A DNA stretch of 64,000 bases from a virus, in IMG/VR virus record IMGVR_UViG_3300046779_002349, positions 1 to 64,000 of that record, one strand, 5' to 3'. A program made the translations under genes and the position numbers. The notes below the pieces were generated by a model. That model was not told where the DNA came from. It saw nothing but the letters and a program-made list of their open reading frames with translations, and searched no databases. Of this stretch, positions 19,147-29,899 are shown piece after piece. How positions within the stretch are numbered: position 1 is the stretch's first letter; every line of letters starts with the position of its first letter.

Positions 19147-20303
19147 TCTAATAATTTCTTTTCTTGTTCTGTTTTACGTTTATCTGACCAACGGAATACG
19201 AATTCAGTATCAATAGGATAATACATCGTACGTTCGTGGTATTCCCAGGTATTAAGTTCCGCCATGTACAGTTCGTGTAACTTCGCTACAATATGTCTTT
19301 CTTCAATAGGACATACAGTAACAAGTGCGTCATACAAGCAAATCATTACTCTTGCTTTTAACCCTAGGACTCTATAATTTTCAATCAACCATATGCAGGC
19401 TCTCATAGCGGTTGCTCCAACGGATTCCTGCATTGGAAAATTCCTTGCTTCTCTACCTTGACTAGACATAAGGCTTTTTCTTTCCTTGAATCCAAGTGTT
19501 TTATCATTGGTCCCAAGAAAGTGACGCCTACGTCCCGAGGCAGCTGTAAGATGGGTATAGATTGCTGGAGCCATTTGCTGCTCCTCTAAGTACTCTACCG
19601 CTCTTGGCTGTCTCGCAGCTAGAGCTCGAAAGATCCTCTCTCCAGTACCTTCCTCTGGTCTTACTCCAGAGTCAGCATAAATTTTTCTTTCGAGCGTAGA
19701 TGGTGTGGCTCCGTAAGAAGTAGAGAAATTTCCTACTTTACCAATACCATCTCTGTGCATTTTTTTATCTAAAGATTCTCTAGGAACCTCATTCATGAAC
19801 TCTACCAGCGACCAGTGAAGGTCTGCAGATGGATGTAGTAGATTACCTTCAGAATCTCGAAGTAGCTCACTCTCCTCAATTTTTCTAATAATCTTTCCAT
19901 TCTTAGCATAGTGCATGATGTACTCTTGTTTCCTATTAGCTTCAGGAATACCACAGTTATCATCATAACTGATACGAATTGGAATCATATCCTCTCCATC
20001 CTGAATCAAAGCAAATTGCTTGTCAGGTTCAGTCATAATACGAATTAACTCTGAGTCTCCAGAAATGTAAGCTAGGGCTCTGATCTCCGCAGTTGCGTAG
20101 TCAGACTCCACCATGCAATACCTATCAGGAGATTTAACGCAGGATCGAACACTTGGAATAGGCTCTGTAATATACTTACTGAGCTCTTCTGGTAGTTCTG
20201 ACTTAGCATCGTATTCCTCTAGAATAGATTTAACGTCCTTCGCAATTCTTGCTTGTACGTATGAGGGCCAGTTGAGTACATTTGGTTTCCATGCTCTAGG
20301 TCT
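19143..20303 (-). CDS. polA: DNA polymerase A, exon 2 (polymerase motifs A, B, C)
   Basis: RPRAWKPNVLNWP, ESDYATAEIRALA (A), GKVGNFSTSYG (B), NFPMQ, ICLYDAL (C). Confidence 0.9.
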   Translation of the reverse strand, partial: RPRAWKPNVLNWPSYVQARIAKDVKSILEEYDAKSELPEELSKYITEPIPSVRSCVKSPDRYCMVESDYATAEIRALAYISGDSELIRIMTEPDKQFALIQDGEDMIPIRISYDDNCGIPEANRKQEYIMHYAKNGKIIRKIEESELLRDSEGNLLHPSADLHWSLVEFMNEVPRESLDKKMHRDGIGKVGNFSTSYGATPSTLERKIYADSGVRPEEGTGERIFRALAARQPRAVEYLEEQQMAPAIYTHLTAASGRRRHFLGTNDKTLGFKERKSLMSSQGREARNFPMQESVGATAMRACIWLIENYRVLGLKARVMICLYDALVTVCPIEERHIVAKLHELYMAELNTWEYHERTMYYPIDTEFVFRWSDKRKTEQEKKLLE

Positions 20304-20585
20304 CGTTGTGTTCAAATAGGGTCGTTAATCCTATCCAGCTTTCGCATCTGCAAGTTATGGATTCCTTGCAGTCCAGACTATATCATCATCTATTAAAGAT
20401 GCCTCCCGTTTCATCTCACTTGAGATTACGCCTTTCGGCTAGTCGTTGAACCTTCCCTTTCGGGCTTGGCTGCTGATTGGGATCTTGCGAACCTTTCCAG
20501 CAATTAAAGAGGTTCCTTTTTATTGTCACCAATAAAAGGGGCTAATTTTTGTTGTAGTTTGTGGATCCTACCAAAAATTTTACAC
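20304..20585 (-). ncRNA. Group I intron (282 nt, no ORF) in polA
   Basis: Core elements AATTGCTGGAAA (P), AATCAGCAGCC (Q), GTTCAACGACTAG (R), GATATAGTCT (S); 5' exon ends in U (ACT GGT), intron ends in G; splicing gives in-frame TETG-RPR. Confidence 0.92.
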
Positions 20586-22565
20586 ACCAGTTTCAGTAGA
20601 GCTAAAATTAGGACGAATGTACCCGTCATCTCCAATAAAGAAAAACAATCCATTTTCCTTTACTACATTTCCTTCATCATCTAGATCAGCAGGTTTTAAG
20701 CACATCTTGAAAATATTTCCTACCAAGTTCAAACCAACTAGTCTTGCAACCAATGGGTCCTGTTCTGCGAAAATATTAAGGGTTTGTTTATCTGCACTGG
20801 GTGTATACAACTTCTGTTGTTCAGGAGGCATTTGTAAAACCTTTTCCCAAGATGTACTGGGTCTACCTTTATCTTTCTGGGGAGTAGATTTAAACGGAGT
20901 AAACTGTTTCACGTCAAACAACCATCTCCGCATATCATCTCCAGATCTAAAGTTGAATTGAAATCTATGCTCATAATGTTTGAACATAGCATTCACCCGC
21001 TCGATAGGCTGACTAAGCATTTGCGAAATTACTTCTCTTGGTAATATCAAAGCAGTCTCAAAGTCAACATTAAGAGGGGCTAGGAATTCACGGATGCATT
21101 TTTCCGCATCTTCTGCCATCAATTCAACAAATTTCTTTTCTAGCTTCTCTTTTGCAAATCCGTAAAGAGTTCTCAATTCCGTCAACTTGTCCACATCAAT
21201 GAGTAACCCTGTTGTGGTAAAGTGAATGAACACATCTGTTACGAATTTATTGAAGTAGTTGAAATAGTAATCCGTAAGCTGCTGTTCTTCCAATTCCTTT
21301 ACAAGAAATGGTACAGCTCGAATTACGCAATCGACGTCCTTCATAGCATAAGGAAACATGATCTCGTCTGGAATCAAGGCATACCCGTCAGTTTCATTTT
21401 GTGGATTGCTCTTTTTCCACAATAATAAATCCATTTCGTATCTGCCTAGATCTGTGTATCTCATTGATATGTCTTCCAGTCCCAAGTTTCTGTGTTCGTT
21501 TACACATTGACTTGCAAACTCTGTGTCGAGATAACATTTTTGATAAGTATTGATTTTGAGTATCTGTTCAAGCCAAACACCGTCAGCAGCAAAATGGTGC
21601 CCAACGAATTTTACTTCTGGTTTGTCAAAATGCTGTTTAAGTATTCTTCCTGCAGCCTCGTAATCAATATCGAACACGTAATTTTTCTTGTCATCCATAA
21701 ACCGAATGTAAGCTGCGTGTCCTGGAGCCCAACTTAACTGTAAAGATCTTAAAGATCCTTTCCATGGATTCAAGCCTCCCCATTCGCAGTCAACAGAGAT
21801 CAAAGTATAATTTTCTTTCATAAGAAAAGTCACTAAGTCCGTGAGCTGCTGCGAATTATAGATGACTTGATAGTTGAGCTCTATTTTGTTTCTTTGAATA
21901 CCATAAGATTCTTTTAAAAGTCCCATGGCTTCTTTCAAGCCTAGTTTATAGTTATCGATTTCAAAAGGTCTATTTTGCAATACTTGAATCGGGTCAAGCA
22001 TTACGTAATAACAGGAGTATTTTTCGGACCAGAATACTCCTCCTAGAATATCATCTGCTTTGAGTTTTTGTGGACAGAAAAAATCGAACGCTGCTTTACC
22101 TAAACAGACAACTAGTTTCGGTTTTATCTTCTTGAGTTCCAATTCAAAAAACTGGGCTCCGAAAGATAGTTCTTCACTTGTCGGTCTATTTCTCCGTTCC
22201 TTTGGGAGCAACCATTTCACAATGGCTGTAGCATAGATATTATTATTTTCTATCCCATAAGCATTAATAAGATCCTTAATTGCTGAACCTGCCTGACACT
22301 TTAAGTAACAGGGAGGATCTTTAAGGATCTTATTATACGCGCCTATGATACCGTCTCTAGCATCTTCTTCATATAAACAAGGCATTAGCACCATACAGTC
22401 AGCAGAAGCTCTTCCTTTTCCTGCTACGTATGTAACAGTATCAACAATAGTATTTTTCCATACTTCCGGATGCGGCGCTAGTTTGACCGTATCTTCTTCT
22501 GGAACACCAATTGTTAACTTCGGCTGCGGTGGGTTATCTGGGACTGCTACCTTTTTATCATACAT
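20586..22565 (-). CDS. polA: DNA polymerase A, exon 1 (UDG-like domain, 3'-5' exonuclease, thumb)
   Basis: IYATAIVKW...NRPTSEE...IKPKLVVCLGKAA (family-4 UDG-like); SVDCEW, HHFAAD, YAMKDV (ExoI-III); ends STETG; spliced product 1046 aa. Confidence 0.9.
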
Positions 22566-22568
22566 AAA

Positions 22569-22946
22569 TTATTGTTCTTCCTCTTCTTCGTCAAATTCAA
22601 AATTTGCGTCAAAATCTGGATTCAACTTGATAAACTCTTGTAAATAGTCTTCACACTCAATAAACTCGTCGAGAATTGGCTCTGGGATTGGCTCCTCGGC
22701 AAACGCGACTTTAATAGACTCTACCAAGTTGTAAAGCATTCTTACTACCTCAGTATAGTGCTCTCCGTAAGGAATTTCCTCTTCTAAATCATCTTCTTCA
22801 TACCCTGTATCCAAAGAAGGAAACTCATCATAGTCAGGATGAAATCTTTGGCGATGCATAACAGGATATGATTCCTGTTCTTGTTGTGTAGTATTATATT
22901 CGTTTTCATCCTGGGATTCCGCGGTAATAACAAATTTGTCTGACAT
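22569..22946 (-). CDS. Acidic hypothetical protein
   Basis: Very E/D-rich; start MSDKFV at 22946. Confidence 0.55.
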   Translation of the reverse strand: MSDKFVITAESQDENEYNTTQQEQESYPVMHRQRFHPDYDEFPSLDTGYEEDDLEEEIPYGEHYTEVVRMLYNLVESIKVAFAEEPIPEPILDEFIECEDYLQEFIKLNPDFDANFEFDEEEEEQ

Positions 22947-24087
22947 ATTCTTTTGCTTGTTGATGGTGCATATCTCCAAAGTCGTTAAATTCAGCAGGTG
23001 GAGATACCCTGTGAACTTCCAAATTAAATTTGCTCATGATTTCTGCGGAAGCTGTAAATCCAGATTCCGCTGCCTCATCGTTTTGTACTAGAAATACTAT
23101 TTTTGGGCTAAGACTTAGTAATACAGGTAACTGCTCTTCTCTAATACATTTACCAAGGCAAGCCACTGCTGTGCCCCCAAGTTGTACCGCATCTAAAACA
23201 CCTTCGGCAACAAAAATAGTTCTTTCTTCGTATGGGATATGGGCATTATGTTTTGCATAAGCGTCATACCCGAAAACGATTTTATGTTTATGAAATCTAC
23301 CGTTATAGTATTTAGCAGGTAAATGCTTCTTTGCTTCATACGGAGCTACATAAGTTGTAGTTCCTTCGTGGACATAATGAGTATTAGTAAACTCAAATGT
23401 GTCTGGGTGAAGATAGGAATGCATTACACCACCGTTTATGTTAACTTTCTTATCAATAACTCTAGACTGCCAAGCTGCCAAATGTCCGCGAACATATGAA
23501 GACACAACTAACCTTCCTTGAGCCGTGTTTCTTGACTCTGGTAGTCTCTTATAGAAAATTCCAAGATCCTTATCCTCCGGTCGCTCTACCGTACAGAAAG
23601 CTGCGTGAAAATCTCTAATAAGGGTATCGATGTCTAAATGGTTTCTACTTTCTAAATACTCCCAGACCGCATGTGTTCTGGGTAGCTCAGTAATAGGTAT
23701 TGTAGCTCCTGGATCATAAGGCACATCAATTCCGTCGATTGTTTCCTTATAGGTTACAGGTTTAGGTACATACGTACTTATTATATTCCTATTATTATCA
23801 GAGTAGTTACGTTCCTTCAATGTAGGAAAGTTCATGATCTCTGATTTCTTAAACTTTGCTTCGCATCGCATACATTTAGCAACTACTGTATTGAAGGTAT
23901 TCTTCAACCATCTGTCCAGTAGTACAACCATATGCTTAGACTCAAACTCTGCTTTGCCTTTTACTTCCAGGCAATGAGGACAGGCCATGTACGCGACAAC
24001 GCCAGATCTCTCATTAGCTAGTCTAAAGCTACCATGAATAGGAGCCAGATTACTTACAATAGATTTATGGGCATCGCTTATTTCCAT
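22906..24087 (-). CDS. DNA primase (Zn finger plus TOPRIM)
   Basis: CPHC...CMRC; FVAEGVLDA, ACLGK, QNDEAA, NDFGD. Confidence 0.85.
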   Translation of the reverse strand: MEISDAHKSIVSNLAPIHGSFRLANERSGVVAYMACPHCLEVKGKAEFESKHMVVLLDRWLKNTFNTVVAKCMRCEAKFKKSEIMNFPTLKERNYSDNNRNIISTYVPKPVTYKETIDGIDVPYDPGATIPITELPRTHAVWEYLESRNHLDIDTLIRDFHAAFCTVERPEDKDLGIFYKRLPESRNTAQGRLVVSSYVRGHLAAWQSRVIDKKVNINGGVMHSYLHPDTFEFTNTHYVHEGTTTYVAPYEAKKHLPAKYYNGRFHKHKIVFGYDAYAKHNAHIPYEERTIFVAEGVLDAVQLGGTAVACLGKCIREEQLPVLLSLSPKIVFLVQNDEAAESGFTASAEIMSKFNLEVHRVSPPAEFNDFGDMHHQQAKEYVRQICYYRGIPG

Positions 24088-24093
24088 GGCACA

Positions 24094-24486
24094 TTATTTA
24101 ATCTTCTCTTTAACGAATGCCGCACAAGGATTGAGCGACGTGAACATAGGGATGTTGAATTGGGTAAAGTAATTTTTAATAGACTCAGCAGCCTCGTGGG
24201 AAAAAGAAACACCTCTTTCTTTTTCTGTACTAAATAGAACAATTGATTTATTAGGGTATTGCCGTATAAGCTCGCCAAACTCACTCATGTTTGAGGAGCT
24301 AAACGAACCAGGCGTAATCATAAAAACATTGATCTTAGAAGTACCTAATCCCAAATCATTACCCTCCCAACGGCAGGATTCAAACACTGTAACACCTTTC
24401 GGCAACCTATTAACTAGTAATTCTGTAAGCCATGTTTTGTTATGGCTAATGACAGCGATGTCTGGATGAAATGGTGATTTTTTCAT
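24094..24486 (-). CDS. Hypothetical protein
   Basis: 130 aa ORF. Confidence 0.55.
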   Translation of the reverse strand: MKKSPFHPDIAVISHNKTWLTELLVNRLPKGVTVFESCRWEGNDLGLGTSKINVFMITPGSFSSSNMSEFGELIRQYPNKSIVLFSTEKERGVSFSHEAAESIKNYFTQFNIPMFTSLNPCAAFVKEKIK

Positions 24487-25109
24487 AGGGTAATAATTAC
24501 TTTTTCTTTGGACAATTCTTTAAAATTGGCTACTTGCCCGTAGACAGGCATAAGAATATCGACATAGTTAAAAGGAGATGACACAGACGCAGGCGATGCT
24601 GCTAGTTCTAAGGTATTCAGGTTAACTGGTAAATTCCGCCGGATAAAAATATTTAATTTATACGGGTTAACTTCCTCAAACTTTTTGCAAATTTCAAGGA
24701 TCTGAGGATTGCCCGTGCAAATATAAGCAACAGAGTAGTTAGCTACTCCACTATACGGGCTCCAGTTATACGGGAGCCAGTACCTTCTCATTTTATTAAG
24801 TAACTCGGGATAGATTGTAGTAACATGTAAAGCACTCTGTAACGCAACCCCCGCTATAGGTTTTCCGATAAAGACAGATGGGCTTACCTGGTAAGTACTT
24901 TTTTGCCCACCGCTATTTCCGTAGTAGGTGCTTCCCAATTTACGATATATGCAGTCAATTATTGGGCGAATTTTATTCATTGGTTTAATAGAATCCAATG
25001 CTTTTCCTGTTCTATTTGAAGTAATATTCAAATACAACGCCGGTGTTGTTCCGTTACCAGAATTTAAAATTTCTGCATCTCTTGCTGTTAGTATTTTGTT
25101 ATGTAGCAT
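24483..25109 (-). CDS. Hypothetical protein with C-terminal ...KVIITL tail
   Basis: 208 aa ORF. Confidence 0.55.
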   Translation of the reverse strand: MLHNKILTARDAEILNSGNGTTPALYLNITSNRTGKALDSIKPMNKIRPIIDCIYRKLGSTYYGNSGGQKSTYQVSPSVFIGKPIAGVALQSALHVTTIYPELLNKMRRYWLPYNWSPYSGVANYSVAYICTGNPQILEICKKFEEVNPYKLNIFIRRNLPVNLNTLELAASPASVSSPFNYVDILMPVYGQVANFKELSKEKVIITL

Positions 25110-25120
25110 TGTTTTGTGTA

Positions 25121-26530
25121 CTATGAAAACTTAAGTCTTTGAAACTTGAAGTCACGCATTACTGGTTTTGTGCCTCCAGACCCGTGTCTGAGTTTTGTGG
25201 CACTAATGTATTGTTTATCCTCATAGGTATTTTGAATACCCGTGTCTTCACCTAGTTCCCTTCTCTTTAAAGCAGATAAACCTAAAGTACCGAAGCATCT
25301 AGCTTGTAGTGTCTTATTCTCAGCCGCATCCTCACCACTTACAATCTTATTTTTGTAAGCAGCTGGACTTGCTTGTGCTGTAAAGAAAACTACGGACTGA
25401 CTATTGTCTGCAAATTCTGCAAGGTAGTCGGCCTGCTGTTGATACTGAAGTCGGAAGAAGTTCAGATTGCTCTTATCTGTAGCTCCTCCGATCCAGTCAA
25501 ATACTACGAACTCTGGGTTATGTCCTTTTAATTGAGCATACTTATCCAATAGAATAGGAAGATCTCGTGTAGCCAGTGCGGAACTAGACCAATCGACGAA
25601 ATCGACTTTATTGTTTAGTATGTCCATCAAAGAATCAAATCTGGCTCTCTGAGTGGGTCTGAGGTCCTCCAAGTCAACACGACCTTTCTTTACGATCTTG
25701 TCGTAAGGAATATCGCACCAGTTGGAGCACATACGCATTTTGATAATCTTTGGTTTATCCTCCGTCGTGATAAACAGCGTATTTTTGTTTGATAAGGCAG
25801 CAGCGTTTAGCGCCATTTGTGAGGCTACTACAGTCTTTCCTCCGCCAGTAGGAGCAAGAAACATGTAGGCACCTCCGTGATAAAATCCTCCGTCAAGAAT
25901 TCTATCCAGCTCTGGTTCTCCAGTGGACATCAGTTTCAGTGATGATTGACTGGTTACATCTAGACTAGAAAAATCAATAAGATCGAATTTTCTTCTTTCT
26001 GTATCTCCAGATGCTGTGCTTGCGCTAGACACAGCTTGTTGCATTTGCTCCAGAAGCTTTTTTGTAGGCTTCTTTGTAGCAGCCGCCATAAGCAGTTGCA
26101 TTCTGCGTTGCTCAAGCCAGTAAGTAAATACTGCGCTTTGCTGGCAGATTATCTTCATCTCTGGAGGAGCGGATAATATTGCTTCCCACTCCTGTCTAAT
26201 CGCAGGCTCTTCAATTGGGCTACCTAAATGGGGGTGCTTAATAATTTGTTCTTTATACAGCACCGCCATTAGGTCCCAGGACATTCCTTTTAATGTAGCG
26301 GGGTTATTTACTACACTATTCCAATTTTTTAAACAAAGGAAAATTAAATTACGATGTCTAGAGCTAAACTCCTGCAAATGCTGTCCATCAATAGGAGCAC
26401 CACATAGCATATTTAGAAAGTTACTAGAATTTTCTGGTTCATCTAGTATCTGGCGAATAATAGCTCGCTCAAATCCATCAGGATTATAGTCAATTAAAGA
26501 GCCTAAAGTAGAATTGCTAACCGTATTCAT
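25121..26530 (-). CDS. Replicative DnaB-like helicase
   Basis: LDRILDGG, LAPTGGGKT, FITTED, VVFDWIG, FTAQ, TKLRHG. Confidence 0.85.
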   Translation of the reverse strand: MNTVSNSTLGSLIDYNPDGFERAIIRQILDEPENSSNFLNMLCGAPIDGQHLQEFSSRHRNLIFLCLKNWNSVVNNPATLKGMSWDLMAVLYKEQIIKHPHLGSPIEEPAIRQEWEAILSAPPEMKIICQQSAVFTYWLEQRRMQLLMAAATKKPTKKLLEQMQQAVSSASTASGDTERRKFDLIDFSSLDVTSQSSLKLMSTGEPELDRILDGGFYHGGAYMFLAPTGGGKTVVASQMALNAAALSNKNTLFITTEDKPKIIKMRMCSNWCDIPYDKIVKKGRVDLEDLRPTQRARFDSLMDILNNKVDFVDWSSSALATRDLPILLDKYAQLKGHNPEFVVFDWIGGATDKSNLNFFRLQYQQQADYLAEFADNSQSVVFFTAQASPAAYKNKIVSGEDAAENKTLQARCFGTLGLSALKRRELGEDTGIQNTYEDKQYISATKLRHGSGGTKPVMRDFKFQRLKFS

Positions 26531-26540
26531 TTACGCGCTG

Positions 26541-26569
26541 AATCTAGTAGAGAAATTTCTTTTAGGCAA
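26541..26569 (-). promoter_or_regulatory. Sigma70-like promoter TTGCCT-N17-TAGATT
   Basis: Intergenic; 10 nt before the helicase ATG. Confidence 0.4.
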
Positions 26570-26587
26570 CACTTTTGTACAAAAATA

Positions 26588-26878
26588 TTAAATACGGCTC
26601 ATGGCGACATCTCTACCAGTTTTACGGCAGAAGTGATCGTTTTCGCCACAGTAAGCATAAACAGTCTCTCCGGTAGTGAGATTTTGAATAGTTGTCACAC
26701 CGCCTTTAGGGTGTACTGGAGTTTTATTTTTTTCTTTGAAGTTAAAAGGCTGGTCGAGGAAAGGTTTAAACTTATGAATAGCTTCTCCTTTTTTAATAGC
26801 TTTTAGTGTTTCTCGCATTACACGTCTAGAAGTAGTTTCGTGAAAGCGATAGTGAGTAATATGAAGGTCGTTAGTCAT
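26588..26878 (-). CDS. Hypothetical protein
   Basis: Start MTNDLH; PKGGVT...AYCGENDHFCRKTGR is a common phage motif. Confidence 0.55.
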   Translation of the reverse strand: MTNDLHITHYRFHETTSRRVMRETLKAIKKGEAIHKFKPFLDQPFNFKEKNKTPVHPKGGVTTIQNLTTGETVYAYCGENDHFCRKTGRDVAMSRI

Positions 26879-27488
26879 TGTAGTGTTGTAGTATGTAGTT
26901 GAGGTCTTGTGAGATATCCTCGTAAGGATATATGATTTCTTTTCTGTAATTTTCAAAATACCGATCTAGATATTCGTCAGAGAGATCTAGATCGGTGTAT
27001 ACATAATTTAAAGTAGCATTAGAAATTCTCTGAGAAAATACGAAGTTTTTGATAAGGGTTTGTATTGGAGAGCCATCTTGAACATAGCTCTTCATACAAG
27101 ATAGAAAAGTTTGATATTCCGCCCAACAGGGTAGAGCAAGGGGGCTTTTCAGTTGATAGGCTTCTACTGGTAGATTGAGATTTTCTAAATATTTATTGAA
27201 CCTCGGTATCCAGTTTTTGCTGGTTATCATATTAGTAAATATCTGAGTGTCAGGCATTTCTCTAAATATGTAAGAAACAAAGTGCTGATACGGAAGTTTA
27301 GTACTCGCTACGAATTTGGCTATAGATTCTCTATTTTCTTTTGGAAAATAAGTACGCCTAGTCTCTCCGTAAAGTTTTACGTGATTCGCGATTAGGTAAT
27401 CTAGTAGCCCATTGATTGGTTTATGTGTGCCACCTTTACCATACCTATTCTTAGGCGCTTCCGGTTCTTCAAAATATATATCTTGCAT
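26871..27488 (-). CDS. Hypothetical protein
   Basis: 205 aa ORF between two helicases. Confidence 0.55.
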   Translation of the reverse strand: MQDIYFEEPEAPKNRYGKGGTHKPINGLLDYLIANHVKLYGETRRTYFPKENRESIAKFVASTKLPYQHFVSYIFREMPDTQIFTNMITSKNWIPRFNKYLENLNLPVEAYQLKSPLALPCWAEYQTFLSCMKSYVQDGSPIQTLIKNFVFSQRISNATLNYVYTDLDLSDEYLDRYFENYRKEIIYPYEDISQDLNYILQHYND

Positions 27489-28942
27489 TATAAGTGTTTA
27501 TTGAAAAACTGAGCAACAGACTCTTTAGAGCTAGCGATATTAATACCGTATCCCTTGTCACAATAAACTTTCAATCTAGAAAGACTATCGTGAACTAGAG
27601 CATGTGCTGCATTTTTATAGTTTAATTTTCCTTGGTATGTAAAGATGTAATCAATGAGTATACCACATTTCTTATTTGGTCGAATTTCCGCCAAACGACC
27701 AGGTTTTTGAATTGAGTTAGTATACGGTCCTCCTCCAGCTAGATTAATAACACAACGTAGATCGCTAAATGTTACTCCCTGCGCATAGATATCAGAGGCG
27801 AGACATCTTTTAATCTCTCCACCGCTCATAGCATCTTTTAGCTCAGTACGCTTAGTTTTAGTAAGTTTCTTGGCCATTGCTATTGCTGGTTTACAAGTGA
27901 GAAACTCATACAAATAATCTGCTTGAGCCTCATTGGATATAAACATAAGAGTCTGCCAATCTTGAGGAATGTGATTCTCTAAAATGTACTCTACAGATCC
28001 AGCAATTTCTGGATTTTGTAATAGTAGTTTTTTGTATGCCTGTCTTCTTAGTGACGCAGGTATAAATGTTTTTCCTACGTCAACCTGAATCAACAAGCAT
28101 TCAATTTGACAAACTGCCCCAATGGCTACCGCTTCTGGAAACGTAATTTTTGCAAGTACTTCTCCAAATAGCCCATTAATCAATTTGTCTTTATTATCAA
28201 ATCTACCAGTAAGCGTAGCTCCAAATGCAAGTTTTCTTGCGTTCTGGAAACTTTTAATTACTGGGTATCTTGAGTCTGTTACAGTAGTATGAGGTTCGTC
28301 AGCGAGAATTAATCTAGTAGTGGTAGGGCAGCATTTTTCCAAACTGTCAGATGAACAAACCGTAATATCTTCCGACTGATATTTCGTTTTTGAACCCCCA
28401 CCAATTTGTACTACCTCTCGATCAGGTAATGCTTTTGCGATATCTTCCGTTAATTGCTCAATAAGGTCGATACCAGGAGCCAGTACAATTGTTTTTACTC
28501 CAGGATAAGCTCTTAGAGTATTAATCATACACGTTGTTTTACCATAACGAGTAACTGCAGAAAAGCATCCAGACTTATTTGCTGAAAGCAACTGCTCTAC
28601 CAGTTCTCGCTGATTAAACCTAAACCCATGCATTAGCTCAAATCTGGGCGCAGGGAACTCTAGTCTATTTTCAACCAATTGAAACTTGTAGCCGTTATCC
28701 TCTAACCATTTAGCGATTTCGGAGTAATGCCCTTGATCTCCCAAAATGATTCTAGGTTCTTTCTTTTTAACCTCAAATAGCTTTAGGGTTTTCTTAGTTA
28801 CTTTTTGAATCCAAGGCTTAGCTTCATCTGCTTTCATTTCCTTCACTTGAATCGTCAGAAGATCAGATTCAAGTTGTTTTGGTGGATTTGTTAAGCAGAA
28901 AAAAGCATCGTCCACATATAGTATAATTTCATGATCTTCCAT
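27488..28942 (-). CDS. SF2 helicase (UvsW/ResIII-like)
   Basis: AVTRYGKT, ILADEPH, FGATL, QGVTFSDL, IQKPGRL. Confidence 0.85.
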   Translation of the reverse strand: MEDHEIILYVDDAFFCLTNPPKQLESDLLTIQVKEMKADEAKPWIQKVTKKTLKLFEVKKKEPRIILGDQGHYSEIAKWLEDNGYKFQLVENRLEFPAPRFELMHGFRFNQRELVEQLLSANKSGCFSAVTRYGKTTCMINTLRAYPGVKTIVLAPGIDLIEQLTEDIAKALPDREVVQIGGGSKTKYQSEDITVCSSDSLEKCCPTTTRLILADEPHTTVTDSRYPVIKSFQNARKLAFGATLTGRFDNKDKLINGLFGEVLAKITFPEAVAIGAVCQIECLLIQVDVGKTFIPASLRRQAYKKLLLQNPEIAGSVEYILENHIPQDWQTLMFISNEAQADYLYEFLTCKPAIAMAKKLTKTKRTELKDAMSGGEIKRCLASDIYAQGVTFSDLRCVINLAGGGPYTNSIQKPGRLAEIRPNKKCGILIDYIFTYQGKLNYKNAAHALVHDSLSRLKVYCDKGYGINIASSKESVAQFFNKHL

Positions 28943-28958
28943 ATAAATGTTTCATAAT

Positions 28959-29429
28959 TTAAAGTGTGAGTTTTACAGTAGCTGTAGCTATAGGCTTTAC
29001 AGGTTTCTCCTCAGTGATCTTCTTTAATTTTCCCTGTGCAGATAAGTTTATCCTATAATCTGTTAATTCGCTATTACTCCTAAGTGCGAAATTTGCAGAG
29101 GCGGTAGTTAGCACTTCGTACTCAAGATTGAACACTGTGAAGTTCAAAGTGCAATCTTGTAAATTAATATCTCCTGCTATAGACAAATAAACTGGGTCTG
29201 CTGCAAATTTGGGACACAGTAGTTGACATGCTGCAACGATTATATCGTTTTCGATTTCGTCGAGTAGATCTGGGTATTCATCATAAATACCAGCATTTGT
29301 AAAACAGAATTCTTCTAACGCTACCTCAATATAATTGTAACTTCCGTCAAAAGAAAGCTCGTTTACTTTAAGTAATTTTTTTATTTTTTCTAGTGCTTCA
29401 CTGGCCTCTTTTAAATCAATAGTAATCAT
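28959..29429 (-). CDS. Hypothetical protein, tandem paralogue family A
   Basis: Close match to 29426-29899 (VNELSF.GSY.Y...EEFCF.N..IYDE). Confidence 0.65.
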   Translation of the reverse strand: MITIDLKEASEALEKIKKLLKVNELSFDGSYNYIEVALEEFCFTNAGIYDEYPDLLDEIENDIIVAACQLLCPKFAADPVYLSIAGDINLQDCTLNFTVFNLEYEVLTTASANFALRSNSELTDYRINLSAQGKLKKITEEKPVKPIATATVKLTL

Positions 29430-29899
29430 AATGTAATTTTTACAGTCTTTGTAGACAACTGCTTATCTTCTAGTAAGGCATCGGCGATATCAGCGAATTT
29501 ATTTTTAAGAGTTTTTATGCGATACCCATTATTTACCGTTAGGGAATGACTACGCGCAAAGTCTTGAGAATCTGTAGTTATTGTCTCGTAACTAAGGTGG
29601 AATTGTGTTAATTCTAAACTACAGTTAACTAAATCAATAACTCCTTCTATAGTTACGAATGTTGGATTTTCAGTAAGACTGCTACCTAGCATGTTACACA
29701 TTTCCGTAATTACATTCACCTCTATATAGTCTAGAAGTCCACTGTGCTCATCGTAAATGTCCTTATTTTTAAAACAAAATTCTTCTATGTTTGAATTGTG
29801 GTAATCGTAACTTCCTTCAAAAGAAAGCTCGTTTACGTTTAGTACATTTCTTATTTTTTTTAAGTCTTTACTAGATTCGTTTAAATCAAATTTGATCAT
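29426..29899 (-). CDS. Hypothetical protein, tandem paralogue family A
   Basis: See 28959-29429. Confidence 0.65.
   Translation of the reverse strand: MIKFDLNESSKDLKKIRNVLNVNELSFEGSYDYHNSNIEEFCFKNKDIYDEHSGLLDYIEVNVITEMCNMLGSSLTENPTFVTIEGVIDLVNCSLELTQFHLSYETITTDSQDFARSHSLTVNNGYRIKTLKNKFADIADALLEDKQLSTKTVKITL

Noticed and set aside
20304-20585. Frameshift or pseudogene in polA
   Set aside because: Fully explained by a group I intron with in-frame exon joining.
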